DNA from: an uncultured Rhodobacterales bacterium
GTDB lineage: Bacteria > Pseudomonadota > Alphaproteobacteria > Rhodobacterales > Rhodobacteraceae
Length of the DNA: 64,000 bases
Reading direction: 5' to 3'
Assembly (NCBI GenBank): GCA_964472855.1
Contig: CAYYMJ010000003.1
Coordinates: forward strand, 26,933 to 90,932
Shown: piece after piece, positions 54,978-64,000 of the stretch
How the letters are laid out: each line of letters starts with the position of its first letter
Numbering within the stretch: position 1 is the first letter of the stretch
Program-made: the position numbers and the translations under genes
The notes under the pieces: generated by a model
What the model was told of the DNA's origin: nothing
The model's input: only the letters and a program-made list of their open reading frames with translations
Database searches by the model: none

Positions 54978-55913
54978 TTGGCAACGGGACGGTTCATGGG
55001 CATGCTATCCAGCATGACGTATGGTGTTTTCATCCATCGGGCAGATTCCAACTATGATGACATCCCTTGGGAACGGTATCAGTTTCCGAGGCAATATCTT
55101 TCCCGCGCCAAACAGTGTGTGGGTGACTGGATTGTCTACCTCGAACCCAGCAAGGTCAGGGACACAAAAGGCTACTTTGCGGTTGCCAAGGTCCAAGAGA
55201 TCATAGCCGACCCGCGAAGCGCCGATATGCATATCGCCGTCATAGAACGCGGGACATATCTACCTTTTGGCGACCCGGTGCCGTTTCGCGATGAAGATGA
55301 AGTCGTCGAGCAAGGCCTGTTGAACGACCACGGAAAGATCTCTGGACGTGCACAGGCCGCGGTGCGGACTCTCGCAGCGGAAGACTTGGGGCGCATCTTG
55401 AAGCGCGGTCTCGTGCAGGATGACGACATTTTGCCCCGTGTTGATCGTAGCGCGCCGAACAGTGGCTTTCACGAAACGCAGGCACCATTCCAACACCTGT
55501 CGAACCGCGAGCGCATCAACCAATTGACCAACCGCGCTGTGAGGGACCGCAACTTCAGAAAAACCGTGCTCGGCGCCTATGATGAACGATGTGCGATCTC
55601 TGGTCTGCGCCTGATCAACGGCGGCGGGCGTGCGGAAGTTGAGGCTGCTCATATCAGACCGGTCGAATTCAACGGGCCAGATATCGTGAGCAACGGGCTG
55701 GCGTTGTCGGGCACTGCACACTGGATGTTCGACCGCGGGATTGTTGGGCTCGCCGACGATTTGACAATAATTGTCTCTCGGCAAAGCAACGACTTGGATG
55801 CCGTCAAGGCGATGATCAACTCTTCCGGCAAGCTGCTGGCACCGGCACGTGCCGCCAATCGACCGAGGGCCGAGTTCGTCGCTTGGCATCGAGAGAACTG
55901 CTTTAAGTCTTAG
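54978..55913 (+). CDS. HNH endonuclease (HNH_2/COG3440-like) with unassigned ~190-aa N-terminal domain; possible type IV restriction enzyme
   Basis: 311-aa ORF. C-terminal motif RCAISGL...AEVEAAHIRP...NGLALSGTAHWMFDRG. Clearly lower G+C than the flanks. Several alternative start ATGs lie between 54978 and 55014. Confidence 0.8.
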   Translation: MATGRFMGMLSSMTYGVFIHRADSNYDDIPWERYQFPRQYLSRAKQCVGDWIVYLEPSKVRDTKGYFAVAKVQEIIADPRSADMHIAVIERGTYLPFGDPVPFRDEDEVVEQGLLNDHGKISGRAQAAVRTLAAEDLGRILKRGLVQDDDILPRVDRSAPNSGFHETQAPFQHLSNRERINQLTNRAVRDRNFRKTVLGAYDERCAISGLRLINGGGRAEVEAAHIRPVEFNGPDIVSNGLALSGTAHWMFDRGIVGLADDLTIIVSRQSNDLDAVKAMINSSGKLLAPARAANRPRAEFVAWHRENCFKS

Positions 55914-56057
55914 GCAGCCCGTCGCGGCCAATCACCAATGGTGGGCCCGCCGCAGTTCATCCGAAAATCTTGGTGGGTTTGGGTCGGGCGACAGCCGATC
56001 AGACCGTTGCGAGATACCGATGCGCGGGGCTTCCCACGCGTTTCGTTCCATTGAACG

Positions 56058-56133
56058 TGGTGCCCCCAGAGAGACTCGAACTCCCGACCCCCTGATTACA
56101 AATCAGGTGCTCTACCAGCTGAGCTATAGGGGC
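56058..56133 (-). tRNA. tRNA-Thr (anticodon UGU)
   Basis: The reverse complement GCCCCTATAGCTCAGCTGGTAGAGCACCTGATTTGTAATCAGGGGGTCGGGAGTTCGAGTCTCTCTGGGGGCACCA folds as a cloverleaf: 7-bp acceptor, D arm GCTC/GAGC, anticodon stem CCTGA/TCAGG with loop TTTGTAA, T arm GGGAG/CTCTC with TTCGAGT, encoded CCA. Confidence 0.95.
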
Positions 56134-56168
56134 ACTGGCGTGGTCAGTATGCCAGCCGATGCGCGTAT

Positions 56169-57194
56169 TCAAGAGCGTGGCGCCGCGGTCGTTGCGCGCA
56201 CGACCAGCGACACCGGAACGTGGATCGCCGGGGCGCCGTGCGCCCTGCCAAGGATGCGGTCCAGCAGCAATTCGGCCGCCTTGCTGCCCAGCGTCTCGCG
56301 CGCTTGCCGGATGGTCGTCAGCGGCGGCCACAGATATTCCGAAACCTCGATATCGTCGAACCCGACAACCGACACGTCCTGCGGCACCCGGATATTCATG
56401 GCCCGCCACTGGCCGATCATCGCGTGCGCCATCAGATCCGAGGCGCAGAACACCGCCGTGGGCAGGCGGGCCCCTTGGGCGAAAAACAGCGCCGCGTCGC
56501 GCCCGGATTCAAGCGAGAAATCGCCGCGGAACATCCAGTTGTCCTGCACCGCCAGCCCCTGCGCGGCCATCGCGGCGGCGAAAGCCTCGGTCCGCGCGGC
56601 TGTCAGCACGTTGCCCCTTGGCCCCTGAACCAGCCCGATGTCGCGATGCCCCAGCGCAAACAGATGATCCATGGCCATACGCACGCCATGGGCATTGTCC
56701 GACCGCACCGACGGAAAGGGGCTGCCGTCGACCCATTCGCAGGCGAAGACAATGCGCGCGGCGTGGCGCGACTGCGCAACCTCGTCCAGCGCCGCAGGGT
56801 CGAAATTGCCATCAAGGCAGATGATGCCGTCGGCATGGCCGTCGCGCATGGGCTCGGTCAGCGCCTGCGCCCCTGCCCCCGGTCCGGTGTCGGTCACGAC
56901 AACCTTCAGCCCGGCGGCGGAAAGCCGCGATTCGATGCCTGCGATGATCTGGCTGAAAAACGGGTTCGAAAGATTGGGCACCAGCACCAGCACCGACCCG
57001 GCCCGCCGCGTTCGCAAAGACCGCGCCGCCTGATTCACGCGATAGCCGGTGGCCTCGACAGCGGCCAAAACCGCCTGGCGCGTGGGTTCGCTTACCTTTT
57101 CCGGGGCCGACAGCGCCCGGCTGACCGTGGCGGTAGATACGCCGGCGGCTTTTGCAACATCTTGGATTTTCGCCGCTTTATCGGACACAGTCAC
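56169..57194 (-). CDS. LacI family transcriptional regulator
   Basis: 341-aa ORF with N-terminal HTH IQDVAKAAGVSTATVSRAL and a periplasmic-binding-protein-like C-terminal domain. Divergent from the sugar ABC operon. Confidence 0.9.
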   Translation of the reverse strand: MTVSDKAAKIQDVAKAAGVSTATVSRALSAPEKVSEPTRQAVLAAVEATGYRVNQAARSLRTRRAGSVLVLVPNLSNPFFSQIIAGIESRLSAAGLKVVVTDTGPGAGAQALTEPMRDGHADGIICLDGNFDPAALDEVAQSRHAARIVFACEWVDGSPFPSVRSDNAHGVRMAMDHLFALGHRDIGLVQGPRGNVLTAARTEAFAAAMAAQGLAVQDNWMFRGDFSLESGRDAALFFAQGARLPTAVFCASDLMAHAMIGQWRAMNIRVPQDVSVVGFDDIEVSEYLWPPLTTIRQARETLGSKAAELLLDRILGRAHGAPAIHVPVSLVVRATTAAPRS

Positions 57195-57266
57195 ATTTCC
57201 GAGCAGGAATTGGGCCTTGAATTCAGAATCACTATTGACACGAATCTGCTTCCCGGCAAACTGTTA

Positions 57267-57282
57267 ATGTAATCGTTTACAT
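57267..57282. promoter_or_regulatory. LacI-type operator palindrome
   Basis: ATGTAATCGTTTACAT: 7 of 8 symmetric pairs with a central CG, fitting the TGNAANCGNTNNCA LacI-family pattern. It lies 98 nt upstream of the binding-protein start. A weaker second site, TGTTAGCGGTTGACA, is at 57311-57325. Confidence 0.6.
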
Positions 57283-57379
57283 GTGTTGGCGCCCCGACTG
57301 CGCCCGAAAATGTTAGCGGTTGACATCGTCCCGGGCGCACCGGGTGAAGCGCGGTTGATCCGCAATGGGAGGAAGATTT

Positions 57380-58609
57380 ATGAAACTTGCTAAGGCGCTT
57401 TTGGCGGCTACCTTCATGACGTCGGCAACGGTCGCGGCAGCGACCGAGCTGGAAGTCACCCACTGGTGGACCTCGGGTGGCGAAGCCGCCGCGGTTGCAG
57501 AGTTCGCAAAAGCCTTTAACGCATCCGGCGACACCTGGGTCGACGGCGCGATCGCCGGTTCCGGCGGTGTTGCGCGTCCGATCATCATCAGCCGCATCAT
57601 CGGCGGCGAGCCGATGGGTGCCACCCAGCTGAACCACGGCCGCCAGGCCGAAGAGCTGGTCGCCGCCGGTCTGATGACCGACCTGACCGACCTTGCCGAG
57701 GCCGAAGGCTGGCACGACATCGTGAACCCGGTCCGCCTGCTGGATGCCTGCACCCTTGACGGCCACGTCTATTGCGTTCCGGTCAACATCCACTCGCCCC
57801 AGTGGCTGTGGCTCAGCCATGCTGCCTTCGCCAAGGCCGGCATTCCGGTTCCGAGCGACTGGTTCGAATTCGTGGCCGACGCCCCCGCCCTGGAGGCAGC
57901 CGGGATCATCCCGCTGGCCATGGGCCAGCAGTCGTGGCAGACCAACCTTGCCTTTGGCGCCATCATGGTTGCCGTCGGCGGCACCGACCTTTATCTCGAC
58001 GTGCTGACCAACAAGAACGCCGACGCCGCGGCCTCGCCCGAGATGACCAAGGTCTTCGAAGCCTTCGACGCCGCACGGCATCTGTCGAACGGCTCGAACG
58101 TCAACGACTGGAACCAGGCCACGAACCTTGTCATCACCGGTCGGGCCGGCGGCCAGATCCACGGTGACTGGGCGCAGGGCGAATTCCAGGTGGCCGGACA
58201 GGTCGCAGGTGAAGACTATACCTGCCTGCCGGGTCTGGGTGTGAACGAAGTCATCGCCACCGGCGGTGACGCCTTCTACTTCCCCAAGAACGACGACCCC
58301 GAAATCACCGCGGCCCAGAAGCGTCTGGCCTCGCTGCTGATCTCGAAGGAAGTTCAGGTGGCGTTCAACCTCAAGAAGGGCTCGCTGCCCATTCGTGGCG
58401 ACGTGGACCTTTCGGCGGCCAACGACTGCATGCAGAAGGGTCTGGCGATCCTTGCTGCCGGCAACGTGCTGCCGGACGGCGTGAACAGCTTCTCGGCTGA
58501 CACCAACACGCAGGTCGACACGCTGATGACCGAGTTCTGGAACGACAAGTCGATGACTGTCGCAGAAGCCCAGGCTGAATACACCAAGATCATCGCCAGC
58601 GCCGACTAA
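57380..58609 (+). CDS. Sugar ABC transporter substrate-binding protein (family 1, CUT1)
   Basis: Start moved to ATG 57380 (MKLAKALLAATFMTSATVAAA signal peptide), preceded by GGGAGGAAG. Confidence 0.9.
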   Translation: MKLAKALLAATFMTSATVAAATELEVTHWWTSGGEAAAVAEFAKAFNASGDTWVDGAIAGSGGVARPIIISRIIGGEPMGATQLNHGRQAEELVAAGLMTDLTDLAEAEGWHDIVNPVRLLDACTLDGHVYCVPVNIHSPQWLWLSHAAFAKAGIPVPSDWFEFVADAPALEAAGIIPLAMGQQSWQTNLAFGAIMVAVGGTDLYLDVLTNKNADAAASPEMTKVFEAFDAARHLSNGSNVNDWNQATNLVITGRAGGQIHGDWAQGEFQVAGQVAGEDYTCLPGLGVNEVIATGGDAFYFPKNDDPEITAAQKRLASLLISKEVQVAFNLKKGSLPIRGDVDLSAANDCMQKGLAILAAGNVLPDGVNSFSADTNTQVDTLMTEFWNDKSMTVAEAQAEYTKIIASAD

Positions 58610-58628
58610 GCGCGACGCGAAGCAAAAT

Positions 58629-58666
58629 CCGCCAGCCCCCTCTGCGGGGCTGGCGGAACTCTTTTG
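58629..58666 (+). terminator. Intra-operon hairpin/attenuator after the binding-protein gene
   Basis: CCGCCAGCCCC ctctgc GGGGCTGGCGG, followed 5 nt later by CTTTTG. This is the typical position for differential expression of binding protein versus permeases. Confidence 0.45.
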
Positions 58667-58676
58667 TTCTCCCTAC

Positions 58677-59987
58677 TTGCGAGGTGATCTGGCCATGTCG
58701 TCCCTAGCCGAACGTGGTTTCCTTTGGTGTATCGGGCTGGCGAGTATCACCTTTGTCCTTGCGACCGTTGGTATCAGCTTTACCCCCCTTGCCTGGCTGC
58801 CCTGGGCCTTTTGCGCGCTGGCCGCTGTCATGGTCGCCGCACTGGCGACCGACCGGGGATTTGCCCTCGGCTCGAACCAGTTTCGCCGCCATATCCTTGG
58901 CTGGGTCATCGGCGCCGTCATTGCCGTGGTGCTGTGGTCGCTGGCCCAGAAGGGCCTGCAAGACGCGCTTCCCTGGCTGAAAGAGCACAGAAAACTGTGG
59001 AATGTGTTCGAGCCCTTCGCCCTGTTCGCGGCGTCCATTTTCATCTTGTTCGCCGGCGTTCTGGCGGTTTCCGGCGCCAAGGGCGGCGCGCGGGCCAAGC
59101 CCGGCCGGATCGAAGGCCTGTTTGTCAACAACCTGCCGGCCAAGATCGCCGCGGTTCCCATGGCCTTTACCGCGGTCGGCGTATTCGTGATCGCCACCAC
59201 GTGGACGATCTATCACTCGTTCACCAACTCGAAACTGCTGCCCAACAGCAAATTCATCGGCCTCGACCAGTACGAGCGTCTGTGGTCCGCCAACCGCTGG
59301 CTGGTGTCGATCGAGAACCTGTTGATATTCGGCATCTGCTCGCTGGTGTTCAGCCTTGTGGTGGGCTTTGTCCTTGCCGCGCTGCTTGACCAGAAGATCC
59401 GCTTTGAAAACACCTTCCGGACCATCTTTCTGTATCCCTTCGCGCTGAGCTTCATCGTGACCGGTCTGGTCTGGCAGTGGATCCTGACCCCGGAATTCGG
59501 GGTGCAGAAGATCGTGCGTGACATCGGCTTTTCCAGCTTTACCTTCGACCCGCTGTTCAACGCCGACATCGTGATTTTCGGCGTGCTGTTCGCGGCGCTG
59601 TGGCAGGGCACCGGCTTTGTCATGGTGCTGATGCTGGCCGGTCTGCGCGGCATCGACCAAGAGGTCTGGAAGGCGGCGCGGGTCGACGGCATTCCGCAAT
59701 GGAAAGCCTATATCTTCATCGTGATCCCGATGATGCGCCCTGTCTTCATCACGACGCTGGTGATTATCGCGGCCGGGATCATCAAGGTTTACGACCTCGT
59801 GGTTGCCCAGACCTCGGGGGGGCCGGGCATCGCGTCAGAGGTGCCGGCGAAATATGTCTACGACTACATGTTCGGCGGACAGAATCTCGGCCAGGGTTTT
59901 GCGGCATCGACCATGATGCTGGTCAGCGTTCTGGTGGTGCTGATCCCCTGGGCCTATCTCGAATTCGGAGGACGGAAGCGTGGCTGA
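58677..59987 (+). CDS. Sugar ABC transporter permease (MalF/UgpA-like) with ~150-aa N-terminal extension carrying extra TM helices
   Basis: 436-aa hydrophobic ORF. The conserved permease core runs from about residue 150. EAA-loop region AARVDGIPQWKAYIFIVIPMM. Confidence 0.85.
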   Translation: MRGDLAMSSLAERGFLWCIGLASITFVLATVGISFTPLAWLPWAFCALAAVMVAALATDRGFALGSNQFRRHILGWVIGAVIAVVLWSLAQKGLQDALPWLKEHRKLWNVFEPFALFAASIFILFAGVLAVSGAKGGARAKPGRIEGLFVNNLPAKIAAVPMAFTAVGVFVIATTWTIYHSFTNSKLLPNSKFIGLDQYERLWSANRWLVSIENLLIFGICSLVFSLVVGFVLAALLDQKIRFENTFRTIFLYPFALSFIVTGLVWQWILTPEFGVQKIVRDIGFSSFTFDPLFNADIVIFGVLFAALWQGTGFVMVLMLAGLRGIDQEVWKAARVDGIPQWKAYIFIVIPMMRPVFITTLVIIAAGIIKVYDLVVAQTSGGPGIASEVPAKYVYDYMFGGQNLGQGFAASTMMLVSVLVVLIPWAYLEFGGRKRG

Positions 59988-60882
59988 TGTAACTGCGACC
60001 CTCGAGGGTCCGCGCGGACCGCGACCGCAACGCCGCTTTTCGCGCCGCAACATCTTTCTGTACGGCACGCTTATCCTGGTCGGCGTCTACTATCTGTTGC
60101 CGCTGTATGTGATGGTGATGACCTCGCTCAAGGGGATGCCGGAAATCCGGCTGGGCAACATCTTTGCCCCGCCGCTCGAGGTCACGTTCGAGCCCTGGAT
60201 CAAGGCGTGGGCGCATGCCTGCACCGGGCTGAACTGCGACGGGCTGAGCCGTGGTTTCTGGAACTCGGTGCGCATCACCGTGCCGTCGGTCATCGTTTCG
60301 ATCGCCATCGCGTCGGTCAACGGCTATGCGCTGGCCAACTGGCGGTTCAAGGGTGCCAACGTCTTTTTCACTATCCTGATCTTTGGCGCCTTCATCCCCT
60401 ATCAGGTGATGATCTATCCCATCGTGATCATGCTGCGGGAAATGGGCCTTTATACCAAGCTGTCGGGGCTGGTGATCGTGCACTCGATCTTCGGCATGCC
60501 GATCCTGACCCTGTTGTTCCGCAACTATTTCACGTCGTTGCCGGAAGAGCTGTTCAAGGCGGCGCGCGTCGACGGGGCCGGGTTCTGGGGCATCTATTTC
60601 CGGATCATGCTGCCGATGTCGATCCCGATCTTTTCGGTGGCCGTCATCCTGCAGGTAACCGGCATCTGGAACGACTTCCTGTTCGGCGTCATCTACACCA
60701 AGCCCGACACCTACCCGATGACGGTTCAGCTGAACAACATCGTCAATTCGGTGCAGGGCGTGAAGGAATACAACGTAAACATGGCCGCCACGATCCTGAC
60801 AGGTCTGGTGCCGCTCGCGATCTATTTCTTCTCGGGCAAACTCTTCGTGCGCGGCATCGCCGCTGGCGCTGTGAAAGGATAA
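59980..60882 (+). CDS. Sugar ABC transporter permease (MalG/UgpE-like)
   Basis: 300-aa ORF that overlaps the upstream gene by 8 nt. EAA loop AARVDGAGFWGIYFRIMLPMS. Confidence 0.9.
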   Translation: MADVTATLEGPRGPRPQRRFSRRNIFLYGTLILVGVYYLLPLYVMVMTSLKGMPEIRLGNIFAPPLEVTFEPWIKAWAHACTGLNCDGLSRGFWNSVRITVPSVIVSIAIASVNGYALANWRFKGANVFFTILIFGAFIPYQVMIYPIVIMLREMGLYTKLSGLVIVHSIFGMPILTLLFRNYFTSLPEELFKAARVDGAGFWGIYFRIMLPMSIPIFSVAVILQVTGIWNDFLFGVIYTKPDTYPMTVQLNNIVNSVQGVKEYNVNMAATILTGLVPLAIYFFSGKLFVRGIAAGAVKG

Positions 60883-60885
60883 CAA

Positions 60886-61965
<1,080 letters not shown>

Positions 61966-61975
61966 CGAGGTAAAC

Positions 61976-62716
61976 ATGTCCCTGTCTTTCCAACTTTACG
62001 GTTCGCGCGATGTTGCGAGCCAGATCGCCTTTTTGCCCGAGCTTGCGGCAATGGGCTATGAACATGTCGAGGGCTATGGCGGCGTCTACGACGACCCGGC
62101 GGCCCTGCGCGCGGGCCTGGACGCTGCCGGTCTGACCATGCCGTCGGGCCACATCGGTCTGGATGCCGTGCAGGATACGCCCGACAAGGTGATCGAAATT
62201 GCCCGGACGCTGGGCATGCGCGACGTGTTTGTGCCCTTCACCGACCTGCGGTCCAGCGACGACGCCGACTGGACGGCCTTTGGCAAGGCGCTTGCCGCCG
62301 CCGGCCAGCCGCTGTGGGACGCCGGCCTTACCTTTGGCTGGCACAACCACTGGTTCGAGTTTGACGCAACCGCGTCGGGCGCCATGCCGCTTGACCTGAT
62401 GCTGGCCGCCGATGACCGGCTGGCGCTGGAACTGGACATCGCCTGGGTGTTCGTCGCCGGGCAGGACCCGGCCGAATGGCTGCGCAAGCACGCCGGGCGC
62501 ATCGCGGCGGTGCATGTCAAGGACAAGGCGCCCGAGGGCGAGAACGCGGACGAAGATGGCTGGGCCGACGTGGGCCATGGCATCATGCCCTGGGGCGCCC
62601 TGAAGGCGCAGCTAGCCGCCGAGTTGCCCGACGCGCTGCAGGTCATGGAACATGACAAACCGGCTGACGCGGTCCGCTTCGCCCGCCGGTCGATCGCGGC
62701 CTATTCGGCCCTCTGA
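61976..62716 (+). CDS. Sugar phosphate isomerase/epimerase (xylose-isomerase-like TIM barrel)
   Basis: 246-aa ORF. Pattern GYEHVEGYGG...FGWHNHWFEF...LELDIAWV...VHVKD is typical of the AP endonuclease 2 / XI-like TIM family. Confidence 0.8.
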   Translation: MSLSFQLYGSRDVASQIAFLPELAAMGYEHVEGYGGVYDDPAALRAGLDAAGLTMPSGHIGLDAVQDTPDKVIEIARTLGMRDVFVPFTDLRSSDDADWTAFGKALAAAGQPLWDAGLTFGWHNHWFEFDATASGAMPLDLMLAADDRLALELDIAWVFVAGQDPAEWLRKHAGRIAAVHVKDKAPEGENADEDGWADVGHGIMPWGALKAQLAAELPDALQVMEHDKPADAVRFARRSIAAYSAL

Positions 62717-62731
62717 TCCCAGGAGACAGAC

Positions 62732-63850
62732 ATGACAGACACCAAAGGCATCGGCATCCTTGGATGCGGGAATATCTCGGCTGCCTACATGCGGCTGGGG
62801 CCGGTCTTTGAGGGTATCGAGGTTCGGGCCTGCGCCGACCTCGTTCCCGCGGCCGCGCAGGCGCGCGCCAGCGAATTCGGCCTGCGCGCCGACAGCGTCG
62901 ACGACATGCTGGCCGCCGACGATATCGACATCGTCGTCAACCTGACCATCCCTGCGGCGCATTTCGAAAGCTCGAAAGCCGTGCTTGAGGCCGGCAAGAA
63001 TGTCTATTCCGAAAAGCCCTTTGTGCTGTCGCTGGACGAGGCCGAGGCGCTGTCGGCCATCGCCGGGCCGCGGGGTCTGCGCATCGGCTCGGCCCCCGAT
63101 ACATTCATGGGCGGCGCCCACCAGCAGGCCCGCAAGCTGATCGACGACGGCGCCGTTGGCCGCATCACCGGCGGCACGGCTCATGTCATGAGCCACGGGA
63201 TGGAGCATTGGCACCCCAACCCCGATTTCTTCTTTCAGCCGGGGGCGGGCCCCATCCTTGACGTCGGGCCCTATTACGTCACCAACCTCGTGCAGCTGAT
63301 CGGGCCGGTGAAACGCGTCATGGCCATGGCGTCGACCCCGTCGCCCACCCGCACCATCCTGAGCCAGCCGCGCAAGGGCGAGAAGATCCCCGTTGACACC
63401 CCCACTACAATTCACGCCCTGCTGGAATTCGCAAACGGCGCCATCGTGACCATGGGCGGCAGCTGGGATGTGTGGTCGCACGGGCATCACAACATGGAGC
63501 TTTACGGCGAAGATGGCACGCTGTTCGTGCCCGACCCGAACTTTTTTGGCGGCGACCTGCGCATGACGGCGGGCGAAGCGGCGACAGACCTGCCGGCCTA
63601 CAGCCATCCGCTGGCGGTGGCCAATGACGGCGACAATGCCAATTATCGCGGCATCGGGCTGGCCGACATGGCGCGCGCCATCGCGGAAGGCCGCGACCAC
63701 CGCTGCGATCACCGGCTGGCGACCCACGCGGTCGAGGTGATGACAGCGATCCTTGCCGCCGGCGAAAGCGGCGACGCGATCACGCTGAAATCCACCTGTC
63801 CGCGCCCGTCCCCGCTGAGCCCGGAAGAAGCCGCCAGCTTCATGAAGTGA
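62732..63850 (+). CDS. Gfo/Idh/MocA family oxidoreductase
   Basis: 372-aa ORF with N-terminal Rossmann GIGILGCGNISAAY and the EKP motif (VYSEKPF). Confidence 0.85.
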   Translation: MTDTKGIGILGCGNISAAYMRLGPVFEGIEVRACADLVPAAAQARASEFGLRADSVDDMLAADDIDIVVNLTIPAAHFESSKAVLEAGKNVYSEKPFVLSLDEAEALSAIAGPRGLRIGSAPDTFMGGAHQQARKLIDDGAVGRITGGTAHVMSHGMEHWHPNPDFFFQPGAGPILDVGPYYVTNLVQLIGPVKRVMAMASTPSPTRTILSQPRKGEKIPVDTPTTIHALLEFANGAIVTMGGSWDVWSHGHHNMELYGEDGTLFVPDPNFFGGDLRMTAGEAATDLPAYSHPLAVANDGDNANYRGIGLADMARAIAEGRDHRCDHRLATHAVEVMTAILAAGESGDAITLKSTCPRPSPLSPEEAASFMK

Positions 63851-63901
63851 CCGGTGCCGGCGGGGGGACGTTTCTCCCTTTCCCCCGCCGCATCGTCACG
63901 C

Positions 63902-64000
63902 TCAGGCGATCAGGATCAGCCCTAGGATCGACGTCAGCAGCAGCGCGATGCCCAGATATTCGCGCCGCGACACGGTCTCGCGGAAAAAGAACACCGAGGC
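63902..64000 (-). CDS. C-terminal fragment of a probable EamA/DMT-type membrane protein (5' part outside the window)
   Basis: Minus-strand translation in frame with the window edge gives ASVFFFRETVSRREYLGIALLLTSILGLILIA*, which resembles the last helix of EamA-domain transporters. Only 32 codons are visible. Confidence 0.4.
   Translation of the reverse strand, partial: ASVFFFRETVSRREYLGIALLLTSILGLILIA

Noticed and set aside
54873-56057. Search for a direct repeat of the tRNA-Thr 3' end (att site) delimiting a genomic island around the HNH gene
   Set aside because: I found no copy of the tRNA 3' segment (tggtgcccccagagagactcgaa or its complement) between the FAD oxidoreductase stop and the HNH gene, and there is no integrase. 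I therefore report only compositional evidence for foreign origin.

Overview
High-G+C, densely coding chromosomal window. Gene content (tmm/tdm/tmoXWV, TRAP and many ABC systems) suggests an alphaproteobacterium of the Rhodobacterales type; that is inference. I saw no rRNA, CRISPR array, transposase or integrase. Left to right: (i) 1-11.5 kb: an unassigned envelope-glycan locus and my top candidate for an undescribed system. It holds a BcsA-like GT2 synthase without PilZ, two DUF3131-like paralogues, secreted unknowns, an acyltransferase-3 protein, a sugar-1-P nucleotidyltransferase fused to a STAS domain, and a membrane-anchored ABC-type ATPase. That ATPase has a degenerate NBD and a C-terminus that looks like the start of an RsbW-type kinase. 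(ii) OmpA-like and nitroreductase genes. (iii) A 4.6-kb TRAP transporter plus class IV aminotransferase cassette, bracketed by two inverted 126-bp copies (about 92% identical) of a MITE-like element and carrying a MalK-type gene remnant. (iv) Aldo-keto reductase, CoA-transferase and enoyl-CoA hydratase. (v) A ~27-kb methylated-amine catabolic region: AMT1-type ammonium transporter, GS-like ligase, tdm, tmoVWX, tmm, three unknown genes, mgsCBA, a second GS-like ligase, an FAD oxidoreductase, regulators, and a sarcosine-oxidase-family heterotetramer (probable mgdABCD). (vi) A NitT/TauT-type ABC transporter with an unusually long permease, an IclR regulator and an FAD oxidoreductase. (vii) A low-G+C HNH nuclease gene next to tRNA-Thr(UGU). 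(viii) A LacI-controlled sugar ABC transporter with a TIM-barrel isomerase and a Gfo/Idh/MocA oxidoreductase. Many long ORFs in the track are antisense artefacts of the high G+C content. All family names come from motif recognition by eye and memory; no database search was run.
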